Shown here: piece after piece, positions 29,056-38,264 of the stretch
How the letters are laid out: each line of letters begins with the position of its first letter
Numbering within the stretch: the stretch's first letter is position 1
Assembly (NCBI GenBank): GCA_020697715.1
Contig: JAEHCO010000003.1
Location: 96,001-160,000, forward strand
Length of the DNA: 64,000 bases
DNA from: Methanobacteriota archaeon
GTDB taxonomy: Archaea; Thermoplasmatota; Thermoplasmata; SG8-5; JAGLSY01
Direction: 5' to 3'
The notes under the pieces: model-generated
Told to the model about the DNA's origin: nothing
Database searches by the model: none
What the model saw: the letters and a program-made list of their open reading frames with translations, nothing else
Program-made: the position numbers and the translations under genes

Positions 29056-31662
29056 ATGACTGTGAAATATGTATATGCCTTCTCAGAGGGCAATGCTGGC
29101 ATGAAAGAATTGATGGGGGGCAAGGGAGCCAATCTTGCAGAGATGACCAAGATAGGGATCAATGTTCCACCTGGCTTCACATTAACCACCGAGGCTTGCA
29201 ATCAATTCCAGGATTCTGGAGAGATACTGGATGGGACATGGAAACAGGTTCTGAAGGCGATCAAGAAGCTGGAGACCCAAACAGGTAAAGGCCTTGGAGA
29301 TTCCAAAAATCCTCTGTTACTATCAGTCCGTTCTGGAGCCCCGGTCTCGATGCCTGGTATGATGGACACCGTGCTGAATCTTGGACTTAATGCGGAAACA
29401 GTGAAAGGAATGATAGAGAAGACAAATAATGAGAGATTTGTCTATGATTCATATCGCAGGTTCATACACATGTTCTCCAATGTTGTCCTGGGACTGCCGC
29501 ATTCTCAATTTGACGAGACACTGGACAAGTCCAAGGCCGATGCTGGAGTGGAACTGGACAGCGAGCTCGATGCTGACCAATTGAAGAAATTGGTTGAAGA
29601 TTATAAGGCGATAGTCAGTGCATCTGGTCTTGAATGGCCAGATGATCCACTCATGCAATTGAGATTGTCCATCGAGGCCGTCTTCAAGTCTTGGGACTTA
29701 AAGAGAGCCAGGGTGTACAGGGAGGCCAATGACATACCTCACAATTTGGGCACAGCGGTCAATGTACAATCCATGGTCTTCGGCAATATGGGCCAGAGTT
29801 CAGGAACAGGAGTCACTTTCAGCAGGAACCCATCCACTGGCGAGAATAAGATATATGGCGAATATCTGATGAACGCCCAGGGTGAAGATGTAGTAGCTGG
29901 CATAAGGACACCTCTTCCAATATCCCATATGGAGAAAGCCCTTCCAGATATCTACAAGAAATTCTGGGATATCGTAGACAGGTGCGAGAAGCATTATGGG
30001 GATATGCAGGACATGGAGTTCACCATAGAAGAAGGCGAACTGTTCATTTTACAAACAAGGACTGGCAAGCGCACGGCAGCCGCAGCTATCAAGATTGCCG
30101 TGGACATGGTGATCGAAGGCATAATTCCAAGAGAAGAGGCTCTAATGCGTATCGAGCCATCTGCCCTTAATCAGCTTCTTCACAAGCGCCTGGACCTATC
30201 AGGCGGAGAAAAAGAAGCGGCAACTGGCCTGCCCGCATCTCCAGGAGCAGCCGCGGGTGAGGTGGTCTTCAATGCGGATGAAGCACAACGTCTGAAAGAA
30301 GAGGAAGGAAAAGATGTAATTCTGGTATCGCCAGAGACATCGCCAGAGGACATTCATGGAATGATCGCTTCCGAAGGAATTCTAACATCAAGAGGTGGTA
30401 TGACATCCCATGCGGCCGTGGTGGCCAGAGGAATGGGCAAGCCCTGCATCTGTGGTTGTGATGACCTGAAGATCGGAAAAGGCGAATGCTATATCGACGA
30501 CCTCGTGATAAAAGAGGGCGATTGGGTCACATTGGACGGTACAACTGGCAAGGTTTACAAAGGTCAGGTTCACACTATCGATCCCGAGATGACATCGGAA
30601 TTCAAAGTATTCATGAACTGGGCTGATTCTATCAGCAGAATGACGGTGAAGACCAATGCCGAAGTTCCGGCTGATGTTCAAATTGCGAAGGACTTCGGAG
30701 CAGAAGGAATAGGTCTGGCAAGGACCGAGCACATGTTCTTCGGCGAGGACCGCCTACCGTGGATGAGAAGGATGGTACTGGCATCGACCCCTGAAGAAAG
30801 GCAGAAGGCACTGGATAAGCTTCTGCCGATGCAGAGAAAGGATTTCGAAGAGATATTCACGATAATGGACGGATTGCCAGTTATAATTCGATTACTGGAC
30901 CCGCCACTGCACGAGTTCCTTCCAAAGGACAGCGACGAGATCAAAGAGCTGTCCAAGACGCTGGACATACCTGTGAAGACCATCGAGGACACCATAGAGA
31001 ACCAGCATGAGTTCAATCCCATGCTGGGCTTCCGAGGTTGCAGGCTGGGCATCATGTATCCGGAAATAAACGCGATGCAGGCCAGAGCGATATTCGAGGC
31101 TGGCCTTGCTGTTCAGGAAAAGGGCATCAAGCCAATTATCCAAGTGGAGATCCCGCTCATCGGGAAATTGGAGGAGTTCAGGATGATAAATGACATCATC
31201 AAGGAGGTTGCCGTCGATATGCAGATAGCCGGTAAGCTGGACTACCAGATCGGGACCATGATAGAGGTTCCGAGGGCCGCTCTCACCGCGGATGAGATCG
31301 CTGTCGAAGTGGATTTCATGTCCTTCGGCACGAATGACCTCACTCAAATGACATGCGGACTGTCACGGGATGATGCTGGCAAGTTCCTGGGCATCTATGT
31401 TGATAAGGAAATTTATGACCGTGATCCATTCGAATCCATTGACCAGACTGGTGTTGGATTGCTTATGAAGATATGCGTGGAAAAGGCCAGGAAGATCAAG
31501 CCCGATATGGAGATCGGCATATGTGGGGAACATGGAGGAGAACCAGAATCCGTCAAGTTCTGCCATCGCATCGGGATCAATGATGTCAGTTGCTCACCAT
31601 TCCGTGTGCCAATTGCGAAGCTGGCCGCCGCTCAGGCTGTCATCGAGGAAAGGATGAAATAA
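29056..31662 (+). CDS. ppdK: Pyruvate, phosphate dikinase
   Basis: GGKGANLAEM, SVRSGA, GGMTSHAAVVARG and GICGEHGG motifs. Confidence 0.97.
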   Translation: MTVKYVYAFSEGNAGMKELMGGKGANLAEMTKIGINVPPGFTLTTEACNQFQDSGEILDGTWKQVLKAIKKLETQTGKGLGDSKNPLLLSVRSGAPVSMPGMMDTVLNLGLNAETVKGMIEKTNNERFVYDSYRRFIHMFSNVVLGLPHSQFDETLDKSKADAGVELDSELDADQLKKLVEDYKAIVSASGLEWPDDPLMQLRLSIEAVFKSWDLKRARVYREANDIPHNLGTAVNVQSMVFGNMGQSSGTGVTFSRNPSTGENKIYGEYLMNAQGEDVVAGIRTPLPISHMEKALPDIYKKFWDIVDRCEKHYGDMQDMEFTIEEGELFILQTRTGKRTAAAAIKIAVDMVIEGIIPREEALMRIEPSALNQLLHKRLDLSGGEKEAATGLPASPGAAAGEVVFNADEAQRLKEEEGKDVILVSPETSPEDIHGMIASEGILTSRGGMTSHAAVVARGMGKPCICGCDDLKIGKGECYIDDLVIKEGDWVTLDGTTGKVYKGQVHTIDPEMTSEFKVFMNWADSISRMTVKTNAEVPADVQIAKDFGAEGIGLARTEHMFFGEDRLPWMRRMVLASTPEERQKALDKLLPMQRKDFEEIFTIMDGLPVIIRLLDPPLHEFLPKDSDEIKELSKTLDIPVKTIEDTIENQHEFNPMLGFRGCRLGIMYPEINAMQARAIFEAGLAVQEKGIKPIIQVEIPLIGKLEEFRMINDIIKEVAVDMQIAGKLDYQIGTMIEVPRAALTADEIAVEVDFMSFGTNDLTQMTCGLSRDDAGKFLGIYVDKEIYDRDPFESIDQTGVGLLMKICVEKARKIKPDMEIGICGEHGGEPESVKFCHRIGINDVSCSPFRVPIAKLAAAQAVIEERMK

Positions 31663-31685
31663 TAGATATCCAATGAAACAAAAAG

Positions 31686-31760
31686 TAGCGGGGAGTCGAT
31701 TTGAACGACTGATCTTCGGGTTATGAGCCCGACGGGATTTCCTGGCTACCCCACCCCGCT
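31686..31760 (-). tRNA. tRNA-Met(CAT), initiator type
   Basis: AGCGGGG acceptor stem (A1-U72), anticodon arm TCGGG-CTCATAA-CCCGA with three G-C pairs, T-loop GTTCAAATC. Confidence 0.95.
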
Positions 31761-31892
31761 ATGGTGATAAAAGTAGTATCATCCCGAATGCCCATTCTTT
31801 AATAAACCTATCGGCTTTTAAATATTATCATTACTAGACAAAATTAAATATCATCATCCCATTCCAAAATTATATCAATTGGAGTTGAAAAA

Positions 31893-32678
31893 ATGGACTG
31901 GGGTATGAAAAATCGTTTGTCAAAGATAATCAAACCAAAGGATGGAAGGACTGTAATGCTGGCCGTGGATCACGGCTATTTCATGGGGCCGACAACTGGC
32001 CTGGATCACTTCACCGATATGGTGAACCCGCTCATCCCGCACGCGGACACCTTGATGCTAACACGTGGAGCATTAAGGAACTGGGTAGACCCAAACACAG
32101 ATGTGCCAATAGTCCTCAGGGTCTCTGGCGGGACCAGTATTCTGAATGATGACATGCTTCATGAAGGTCAGGTATGCTCCATTGAGGACGCGATACGCCT
32201 CAATGTCTCGGGTGTTGCTTGGTCCATACTGGTGGGTGCGAAATACGAGCGTGACACAGTACTTGGGTTCACCGAGGTCATTGACCAGTGCGAGGAATAC
32301 GGCATCCCGATGATAGCTGTCACGGCTGTCGGGAAGGACATGGTACGAGATGCCAGATACATGGCTCTGGCCTCAAGAATGGCAGCCGAGTTGGGTGCTC
32401 ATATTGTCAAGACATATTTTGTCGATGGCTTTGAAAAGGTCGTCGATTCCTGTCCAGTGCCGATAGTCATAGCAGGTGGGAAGAAACAGCCCGAGGCTGA
32501 TGCACTGAAGATGGCGCATGCCGCGATAGAGGCAGGCGCAATTGGTGTGGACATGGGAAGGAACATATTCCAGAGTGAGAGCCCAGTCGCCATGATCCAG
32601 GCGGTCAATGCTGTCGTGCACGATAACCATACGCCACAGGAAGCATTTGAGCTGTTCAACAAACTGAAGACCCAGTAG
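31893..32678 (+). CDS. lsrF: LsrF-like DhnA/class I aldolase-fold enzyme
   Basis: MDWGMKNRLSKI start, LAVDHGYF, VKTY (Schiff-base Lys), AGGKK and DMGRNIFQS. Confidence 0.8.
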   Translation: MDWGMKNRLSKIIKPKDGRTVMLAVDHGYFMGPTTGLDHFTDMVNPLIPHADTLMLTRGALRNWVDPNTDVPIVLRVSGGTSILNDDMLHEGQVCSIEDAIRLNVSGVAWSILVGAKYERDTVLGFTEVIDQCEEYGIPMIAVTAVGKDMVRDARYMALASRMAAELGAHIVKTYFVDGFEKVVDSCPVPIVIAGGKKQPEADALKMAHAAIEAGAIGVDMGRNIFQSESPVAMIQAVNAVVHDNHTPQEAFELFNKLKTQ

Positions 32679-32689
32679 AGCAGATTCCC

Positions 32690-32870
32690 AACATTTGCAT
32701 GCGTAATTCTGCGAACATGCCCCGTCCCGAGAGACGCAGGGTCGGGGTACTGCATTCTTTATCTCAGTGAGTGACAGCGATGTGTATGCAAAGAAATTAC
32801 CCACTCGCCTTAAAAGCGAGTGGTCAAATCAAACCCCGCCTCGATCAAAGCAGGGGCGGAGTCTTTATCC
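32690..32870. other. Multi-hairpin structured intergenic element between convergent genes
   Basis: Stems tttgcatgcg/tgtatgcaaa, tgccccgtccc/gggtcggggta, ccactcgc/gcgagtgg (32801-32823) and a GC stem at 32832-32863. Confidence 0.45.
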
Positions 32871-32897
32871 ACACCCAGCTTGACAAACCTATCCTAT

Positions 32898-33512
32898 CTA
32901 CACCCAAAACGCCATCATGAAATAGATGCCGAACACCACGAGGACCGCTCCGCAAACTCCGAATATGATGGCATGGCTTTTGTCTGTCCAGAGATCCTTG
33001 CTCCTGTGCACGGAATAGGATAAGAACCAATCCCACAGCACGTCGCATGTTTCATGAACTATCACGAAGGCGACTATCCCTATCCAGCCGAATTCCAATG
33101 CTCCGATTATCAGGGTGGCTCCAATTGTCGCCCACCATAGAATGAAATACGGGTTGCCAACAGTCGTGATTATCCCGGCCAGGATGGGATGGCCGGGGAA
33201 TGCTTTCTCCACCACTTCTTTTTCCTCGCGCATCCTGATCATCTGGATGCCCATGTACAGTAGAAGTGCTCCTCCGCCAACTCCGATAATCCCCTGAACC
33301 CAGTTATCTGTTAGAACATAATAAAACCCCATCGCTATCAGGGCGATGAGTGGGATCTCGATCATCAGATGACCAAGGGCGATCCACAATCCCGCGTGCT
33401 TATTTTCCGAGCCCTTGGCTATTGCGGCGACCATGACTGGCCCTGGCATCATCACGCCGGATAGCGAGATAATGCCCACAGCTCCCAGAAATGCCCAGAA
33501 TTCCCAATTCAT
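32898..33512 (-). CDS. LysE family translocator
   Basis: LSGVMMPGP and NPYFILWW motifs; multiple TM helices. Confidence 0.88.
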   Translation of the reverse strand: MNWEFWAFLGAVGIISLSGVMMPGPVMVAAIAKGSENKHAGLWIALGHLMIEIPLIALIAMGFYYVLTDNWVQGIIGVGGGALLLYMGIQMIRMREEKEVVEKAFPGHPILAGIITTVGNPYFILWWATIGATLIIGALEFGWIGIVAFVIVHETCDVLWDWFLSYSVHRSKDLWTDKSHAIIFGVCGAVLVVFGIYFMMAFWV

Positions 33513-33608
33513 TGTTGAGGAATTGAATTTTGATATTAAGGTTTATGGCCTGAGGTGTTCCAAAATATTAATTATCCTGCTACCTATCATCTTGCGAGGG
33601 AAATTGAA

Positions 33609-33773
33609 ATGCAGAAGATGAAATGTACGATATGTGGCTGGATATATGATCCTGTTGCTGGAGTTCCAAATGCGGATGTAGCACCAGGCACGTCCTGGGA
33701 AGATGTGGATGCGGAATTCCGATGCCCCGAATGCGGGGCAGTGAAGAAATGGTTCCAGCCTGTGGACGAGTGA
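33609..33773 (+). CDS. Rubredoxin
   Basis: CTICGWIYDP...PGTSWED...FRCPECG. Confidence 0.93.
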   Translation: MQKMKCTICGWIYDPVAGVPNADVAPGTSWEDVDAEFRCPECGAVKKWFQPVDE

Positions 33774-33777
33774 ATAT

Positions 33778-34182
33778 ATGGAATACAAGAATCCCGCACT
33801 GACCGTCGATGGAATAATCATCATCGACGGCAAGCTCCTTCTTATCAAGCGTGGCAGAGAGCCCTTCAAGGGTCAATATGCTTTACCGGGCGGTTTTGTA
33901 GAAGTTGGTGAACGTGTGGAGGAAGCCGTTGAGCGCGAGGCCAAGGAAGAGACTGGTCTCGATACCGAAGTGCGTGATCTGATAGGCGTGTATTCCGCCC
34001 CTGATCGAGATCCTCGAGGTCACACTGTTTCAGTTGTGTTTTCCCTGGATATAATTGGTGGTCGGATGAAGGCCGGTGACGATGCCTGTGATATCAAATT
34101 GTTCGATCTGGATGCATTGCCAGAGCTGGCTTTTGACCATTCTAAAATAGTAGAAGATTATCTTGCCGATAGTTTAGGGTGA
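33778..34182 (+). CDS. NUDIX hydrolase (ADP-ribose pyrophosphatase-like)
   Basis: LPGGFVEVGERVEEAVEREAKEETG, RDPRGH and LAFDH motifs. Confidence 0.9.
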   Translation: MEYKNPALTVDGIIIIDGKLLLIKRGREPFKGQYALPGGFVEVGERVEEAVEREAKEETGLDTEVRDLIGVYSAPDRDPRGHTVSVVFSLDIIGGRMKAGDDACDIKLFDLDALPELAFDHSKIVEDYLADSLG

Positions 34183-34222
34183 TGTTGCAGTATCCGCTAT
34201 TGAAAATGGATGCCTGGCTAAT

Positions 34223-34441
34223 TCATTCCCTTCTCGTGCTCACGGTATAGATGGCCTTCGTGCCCTTGAGCATGGAATGAAGTTTCTGCAGGATCTCTCC
34301 GTATTCTTCGGGAGTTGCGAAATCCATTACAAAATCATAGTCGCCCACATAAGGTGCGAAGCCCATTTCCTCAGCTATCTTGATTATGTCGAGAACTGAA
34401 GACCCGTCCGAGTTGATGAATATCTTTAGATAAACTTTCAT
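34223..34441 (-). CDS. Small hypothetical protein
   Basis: 72 aa with globular composition and a TATA-like sequence upstream. Confidence 0.7.
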   Translation of the reverse strand: MKVYLKIFINSDGSSVLDIIKIAEEMGFAPYVGDYDFVMDFATPEEYGEILQKLHSMLKGTKAIYTVSTRRE

Positions 34442-34585
34442 TAAAGACCAGTATACCAGTGCGGGATAAATATGTTACTGCCATTATAGCCAATTCATCA
34501 ATATCAAAATGCATATTATGATATTATCATCAATATTGTGCATCAAAAAGCAAAGCCAGTTACCAAGGATCCATAACAGATCTTA

Positions 34586-35218
34586 TCAACCGGCGGCGTC
34601 CCCTTGCTTGTCCTCATCGGGTGTTTCTAATTCTGTATCATCCGATAGTAGCCATGGTAATCCGTATTCATGGGCATAGATGTACATGGTTCCGAACAGA
34701 GGCACGAAAATAAGAGTGCTGAGAATGTGGATGATGGTGAAAGGCACCTGCGCCATGAGCACGACCTCGATATTCATGTCTGGGACTATCATCTTGTAAC
34801 CGATAATGGTCCAGAGGTCGTACAATATCGTTAGTACGACCGCCACTCCCGTGAAGACTGCCACCCCCTTCATCCTGTAAAGGAAAGTGGGCTTCATTCG
34901 TGTTCCCATATAGCCTACGAATATCATGCCAGTCCATGTGAAGAGCGATATGCCGACCAGTTGCTGCCATGAGAATGTCATTCCATAATGCATGGCATTG
35001 ATGGCCCAGTCAGATAATGCCATGATCGCAAGGGGTACTATGAAGGCCCACAGTCCACCCAGAACAAGACCAGCTATCATGGATATGGCAAGAACTGGCT
35101 CGATATTCGCGTACTTTGCCATGATGATCCTGAGAAGTATTCCTGAGATTATGAACAGCAGTGCCTGTTGCACCTTTCTCGGGCTCGTATCCAGCTTGAA
35201 CACTTTCTTCAGTTTCAT
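34586..35218 (-). CDS. ECF-type S-component-like membrane protein, putative cobalamin uptake
   Basis: About 6 TM helices; ANIEPV and AxxxD motifs as in CbrT/DUF6580-like proteins; follows DUF4430 gene. Confidence 0.7.
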   Translation of the reverse strand: MKLKKVFKLDTSPRKVQQALLFIISGILLRIIMAKYANIEPVLAISMIAGLVLGGLWAFIVPLAIMALSDWAINAMHYGMTFSWQQLVGISLFTWTGMIFVGYMGTRMKPTFLYRMKGVAVFTGVAVVLTILYDLWTIIGYKMIVPDMNIEVVLMAQVPFTIIHILSTLIFVPLFGTMYIYAHEYGLPWLLSDDTELETPDEDKQGDAAG

Positions 35219-35228
35219 TTTATCTCCA

Positions 35229-36086
35229 TCATCCTGTCCAGGTTTCGAATACCCATTCTACTGAATCCCCATCCTGAAGAACATACTGGCCCGCGCCTAC
35301 AGGTCCGTATTCTCCATCGATATACCATATCCAGTAATAGGCCGAGGTGTCATCGATCCCACCGACCGTGCTTCCTGGTGAGATGCCTTCGATCCCATTG
35401 ACGAACTCGCCCCATCCGAAATCCTGCATATCGAGGCTGTCATATCCAACCGCCTCTTCTAAGGCTCCAAGAGCTGTGTAATTGTCTGTTATCATCGTAT
35501 GGTTCTGATAGGTTCCATTGCCGAAGTTGATTATCACTTCGACAGAGATGCCAGTTTGTTCAAAAACACCACTCGGACCGTCAGCAACTATGAAATTAAC
35601 ATCTATCTCCTGGCCATCATGCACTATGGCGATATCATCCTTCGCGACAAAGGACTCGTTGGTCACTGGAGCCTGAAATCCATCGAAGGAATAGGACCAC
35701 CACATGCTGGCCGTATCCCCTATTCCCTGTACCGTGACATTGTTAGCCACATTGTTAATTGACTCAAGATATGCGACGCCTTCCATGCTGCGTCCCATCT
35801 CGAACATGTCATCTCCGATACTGGCCGCCAGCACTCCAGGAAGCGTGTTATTGGTCGTGGTCACATTGTGCCATTCCACATCCCCATTCCCATAATCGAT
35901 GATCAAAGTCACTGAGATCTCATCGGGATTGATCTCCACTTTATTCATTTCCTGCATGAGAATTATTCCACCGATAGCGGCTCCTATCACCAATGCGACT
36001 ATGACCATGGGCATCCAGCCCAATTCCGCCTTCTCTTCTTCTGCCAATCTGAATCTCTCCATTTCATTCCGAGCTTTTGAATACAA
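35229..36086 (-). CDS. Membrane-anchored protein with two DUF4430 (transcobalamin C-terminal-like) domains
   Basis: Two repeats of IxYGNG...ING...WxYxxDG; C-terminal GAGQYVLQDGDSVEW; true start may be the TTG near 36047. Confidence 0.78.
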   Translation of the reverse strand: MYSKARNEMERFRLAEEEKAELGWMPMVIVALVIGAAIGGIILMQEMNKVEINPDEISVTLIIDYGNGDVEWHNVTTTNNTLPGVLAASIGDDMFEMGRSMEGVAYLESINNVANNVTVQGIGDTASMWWSYSFDGFQAPVTNESFVAKDDIAIVHDGQEIDVNFIVADGPSGVFEQTGISVEVIINFGNGTYQNHTMITDNYTALGALEEAVGYDSLDMQDFGWGEFVNGIEGISPGSTVGGIDDTSAYYWIWYIDGEYGPVGAGQYVLQDGDSVEWVFETWTG

Positions 36087-36130
36087 TCACTTCGTTCTCG
36101 TATTCAATCACCTTTCCACCTCTTTTCGAG

Positions 36131-36151
36131 GGGTGGACAATATATCCACCC
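36131..36151. promoter_or_regulatory. Palindrome GGGTGGA-N7-TCCACCC at the predicted TSS of the DUF4430/ECF operon
   Basis: Perfect 7-bp inverted repeat about 15-35 nt downstream of TTTAATA (36172-36166, minus strand). Confidence 0.45.
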
Positions 36152-36212
36152 TAAAGCCCATTGGCTATTAAAGGTTTTTGATTTTATTTGTTAAAACTAT
36201 GTGCTTTTCCGA

Positions 36213-36824
36213 TCATGCAGTAGTGGATGATATCAAGAGGCCGGAAGCAGCTGCAAAGGCTCCATCTTCTGCCTTTGCCTCACTGTTGCCAGTTCCGATG
36301 ATGACAATGTCCCCATCCTTGAGATCGAAAGTTTCTCTTATCTTATTCGCGACCTGCGGCATCTGATCATCTATATTGAAATGATCTGGAAGTTCAAGAC
36401 CATCATTGACGAATAGGATGGTCGTCGCACCACTGGAGCCCGCCTTTATGGCTTCATCTCTCTCCATTATGCCATCCTTTACAGAACTTGCAATTTGTGA
36501 TAATCTAATTGCGAAATCATATTCGTCCACAGTGAGTCCGAATACCTCTATAATAGAGGCCTGAAAGCCAATATCATTCAGATATCTCGAACCTCGATTT
36601 GCCAATTTGAGCCCATCTTCCTTTCTCTGTATGAAGCCATGTTCTTCAAGATGGGATATAAGTCCGCGGGAGCTTCCCTCGCCCAGTTCCAGCCTGGAAG
36701 CCAGGCCCTTGCGGCCTATGGGTCCATATTCTCGAATGATATGTAATGATTTAAAAACATGTAAAGGTCCGAAAAGGGGGGCTGCCCCCCTTTTCGGCAT
36801 CTCTATCTCGAATATTCCAGACAT
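36213..36824 (-). CDS. HTH + DUF4443-like protein
   Basis: KRGAAP.F, GPIGRKGLASRLELGEGS (wHTH) and ERDEAIKAGSSGATT; ATG directly after the mat stop. Confidence 0.8.
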   Translation of the reverse strand: MSGIFEIEMPKRGAAPLFGPLHVFKSLHIIREYGPIGRKGLASRLELGEGSSRGLISHLEEHGFIQRKEDGLKLANRGSRYLNDIGFQASIIEVFGLTVDEYDFAIRLSQIASSVKDGIMERDEAIKAGSSGATTILFVNDGLELPDHFNIDDQMPQVANKIRETFDLKDGDIVIIGTGNSEAKAEDGAFAAASGLLISSTTA

Positions 36825-36828
36825 CGGA

Positions 36829-38040
36829 TCAGAAGGTTCCGATCTTGCCCTTGACAACGAGGTTGGTGATCTTGCTGGTATCCTGTAACCAGCCGTCAAC
36901 GACTCCTTCGATGTCTGACTTGACATCCTTCATCTTGACACTGTCTGCAAGTTTCACCTTCACACTGGCTGCCTGTGGATTGTTAATTGGCATTCCGATC
37001 TGTGATAGAAGGCGGACATGACATTCCAGTATGTCCCCGCCACCGACCTTTGCAACATCCTGGGCGATCTGATTTGATAATAGATTGTAGATCTTTCCAA
37101 CATGTGTCACCGGGTTCTTTCCAGATGTGGCTTCCATGCTCATCGGTCTGTATGGGGTGATCAATCCATTTGCTCTGTTTCCCCTGCCTACTGAACCATC
37201 GTCGCCGTTCTCCATTGATAAACCTGTTACGGTCAGGTAGTAGATACCTTTCTTGTAATCATCAGCTGTATTGACATCCACATTGATCTCACGCTCGGTG
37301 AATCTCTCTGCCTGTTTGTGAACTTTATCTTTGAGCTCCTGAACAACGCTCTTGTAGTGGTCACTATCCGGGATCTCTTTCCCGACCATGGCTGCTGCCA
37401 CTGTGATATTTATCTTGTTTCCGATCCTGGCTGCCATTACCTTGACATCCTCTCCAACTTCTGGCATGGACTTCTTCAGTCTACCATTGATGTATTGTTC
37501 AGCATCCAAGACGATCGTCTCGGTCTCGCTGAAGGGCGCGTGGCCAACACCGAATGAAGTATCATTGGATAGGAAATCCTTTGGTTTATTATCATAGACA
37601 CCCATGAGATCGACCGATCCCTTGCTTATCATGCAGTCCAGCATGACATCTGCATCGACATCCAGGTGTGAGCAGTGCTTCTTCAGATACTTACGGGCGG
37701 CCTTAATGGCAACCGATCTGTATGGAAGTCTCTCACCGTCCACTTCGGTAGTAGCACGGCCGACAAGAAGAATGTAAACCGGCTCAAGAACAACTCCGCC
37801 TCCAAACTTAGGAGCTGACTGTCCACCCACGATCTGAGTTTCGTCAGTATTATGATGAAAGATATGATCATATTTTTCAAGGTACATGTTACAAAGGGAT
37901 CTTGACACGGACTCAGCCAGTCCATCGGCTATGCTGTCCGGATGTCCAATTCCCTTTCTCTCTACGATCTCAATTTCCTGCTTCTCGATGTACGTCTGTG
38001 CCAAAGGCTCGACAAAGATATTTCTTTTCATATCAAACAT
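36829..38040 (-). CDS. mat: Archaeal S-adenosylmethionine synthetase
   Basis: [33 protein letters not shown] and [12 protein letters not shown] motifs. Confidence 0.96.
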   Translation of the reverse strand: MFDMKRNIFVEPLAQTYIEKQEIEIVERKGIGHPDSIADGLAESVSRSLCNMYLEKYDHIFHHNTDETQIVGGQSAPKFGGGVVLEPVYILLVGRATTEVDGERLPYRSVAIKAARKYLKKHCSHLDVDADVMLDCMISKGSVDLMGVYDNKPKDFLSNDTSFGVGHAPFSETETIVLDAEQYINGRLKKSMPEVGEDVKVMAARIGNKINITVAAAMVGKEIPDSDHYKSVVQELKDKVHKQAERFTEREINVDVNTADDYKKGIYYLTVTGLSMENGDDGSVGRGNRANGLITPYRPMSMEATSGKNPVTHVGKIYNLLSNQIAQDVAKVGGGDILECHVRLLSQIGMPINNPQAASVKVKLADSVKMKDVKSDIEGVVDGWLQDTSKITNLVVKGKIGTF

Positions 38041-38052
38041 TCCTGAGTTATG

Positions 38053-38134
38053 ATTGAATTATCACCAAGCATGGCTTGGGTTGAATTCAATAGGGCTCAT
38101 ATCCCAAGCTTTTGCATTGGGGAGCCCTTATTAG
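38053..38134 (-). promoter_or_regulatory. Two-hairpin leader element, copy 1 (mat 5' UTR)
   Basis: AGGGCTC/GAGCCCT stem followed by an ATTGAATT..CCAAGC/GCTTGG..AATTCAAT stem; homologous to 52271-52430. Confidence 0.65.
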
Positions 38135-38264
38135 TCAGCCTGCAAATACGAGAGTTGATAAAACCCTTTCGGTTGAATTTGCTTTTTCCATGCCTAAATA
38201 TGCATTATCGCACTCATCTTTGACAATATCTCTAATATCACTATCTGGATAGCTCTTAGGGGAC

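Noticed and set aside
36077-36172. Canonical cobalamin riboswitch
   Set aside because: Too short and lacks the B12-box and GGGAA..GGTG consensus
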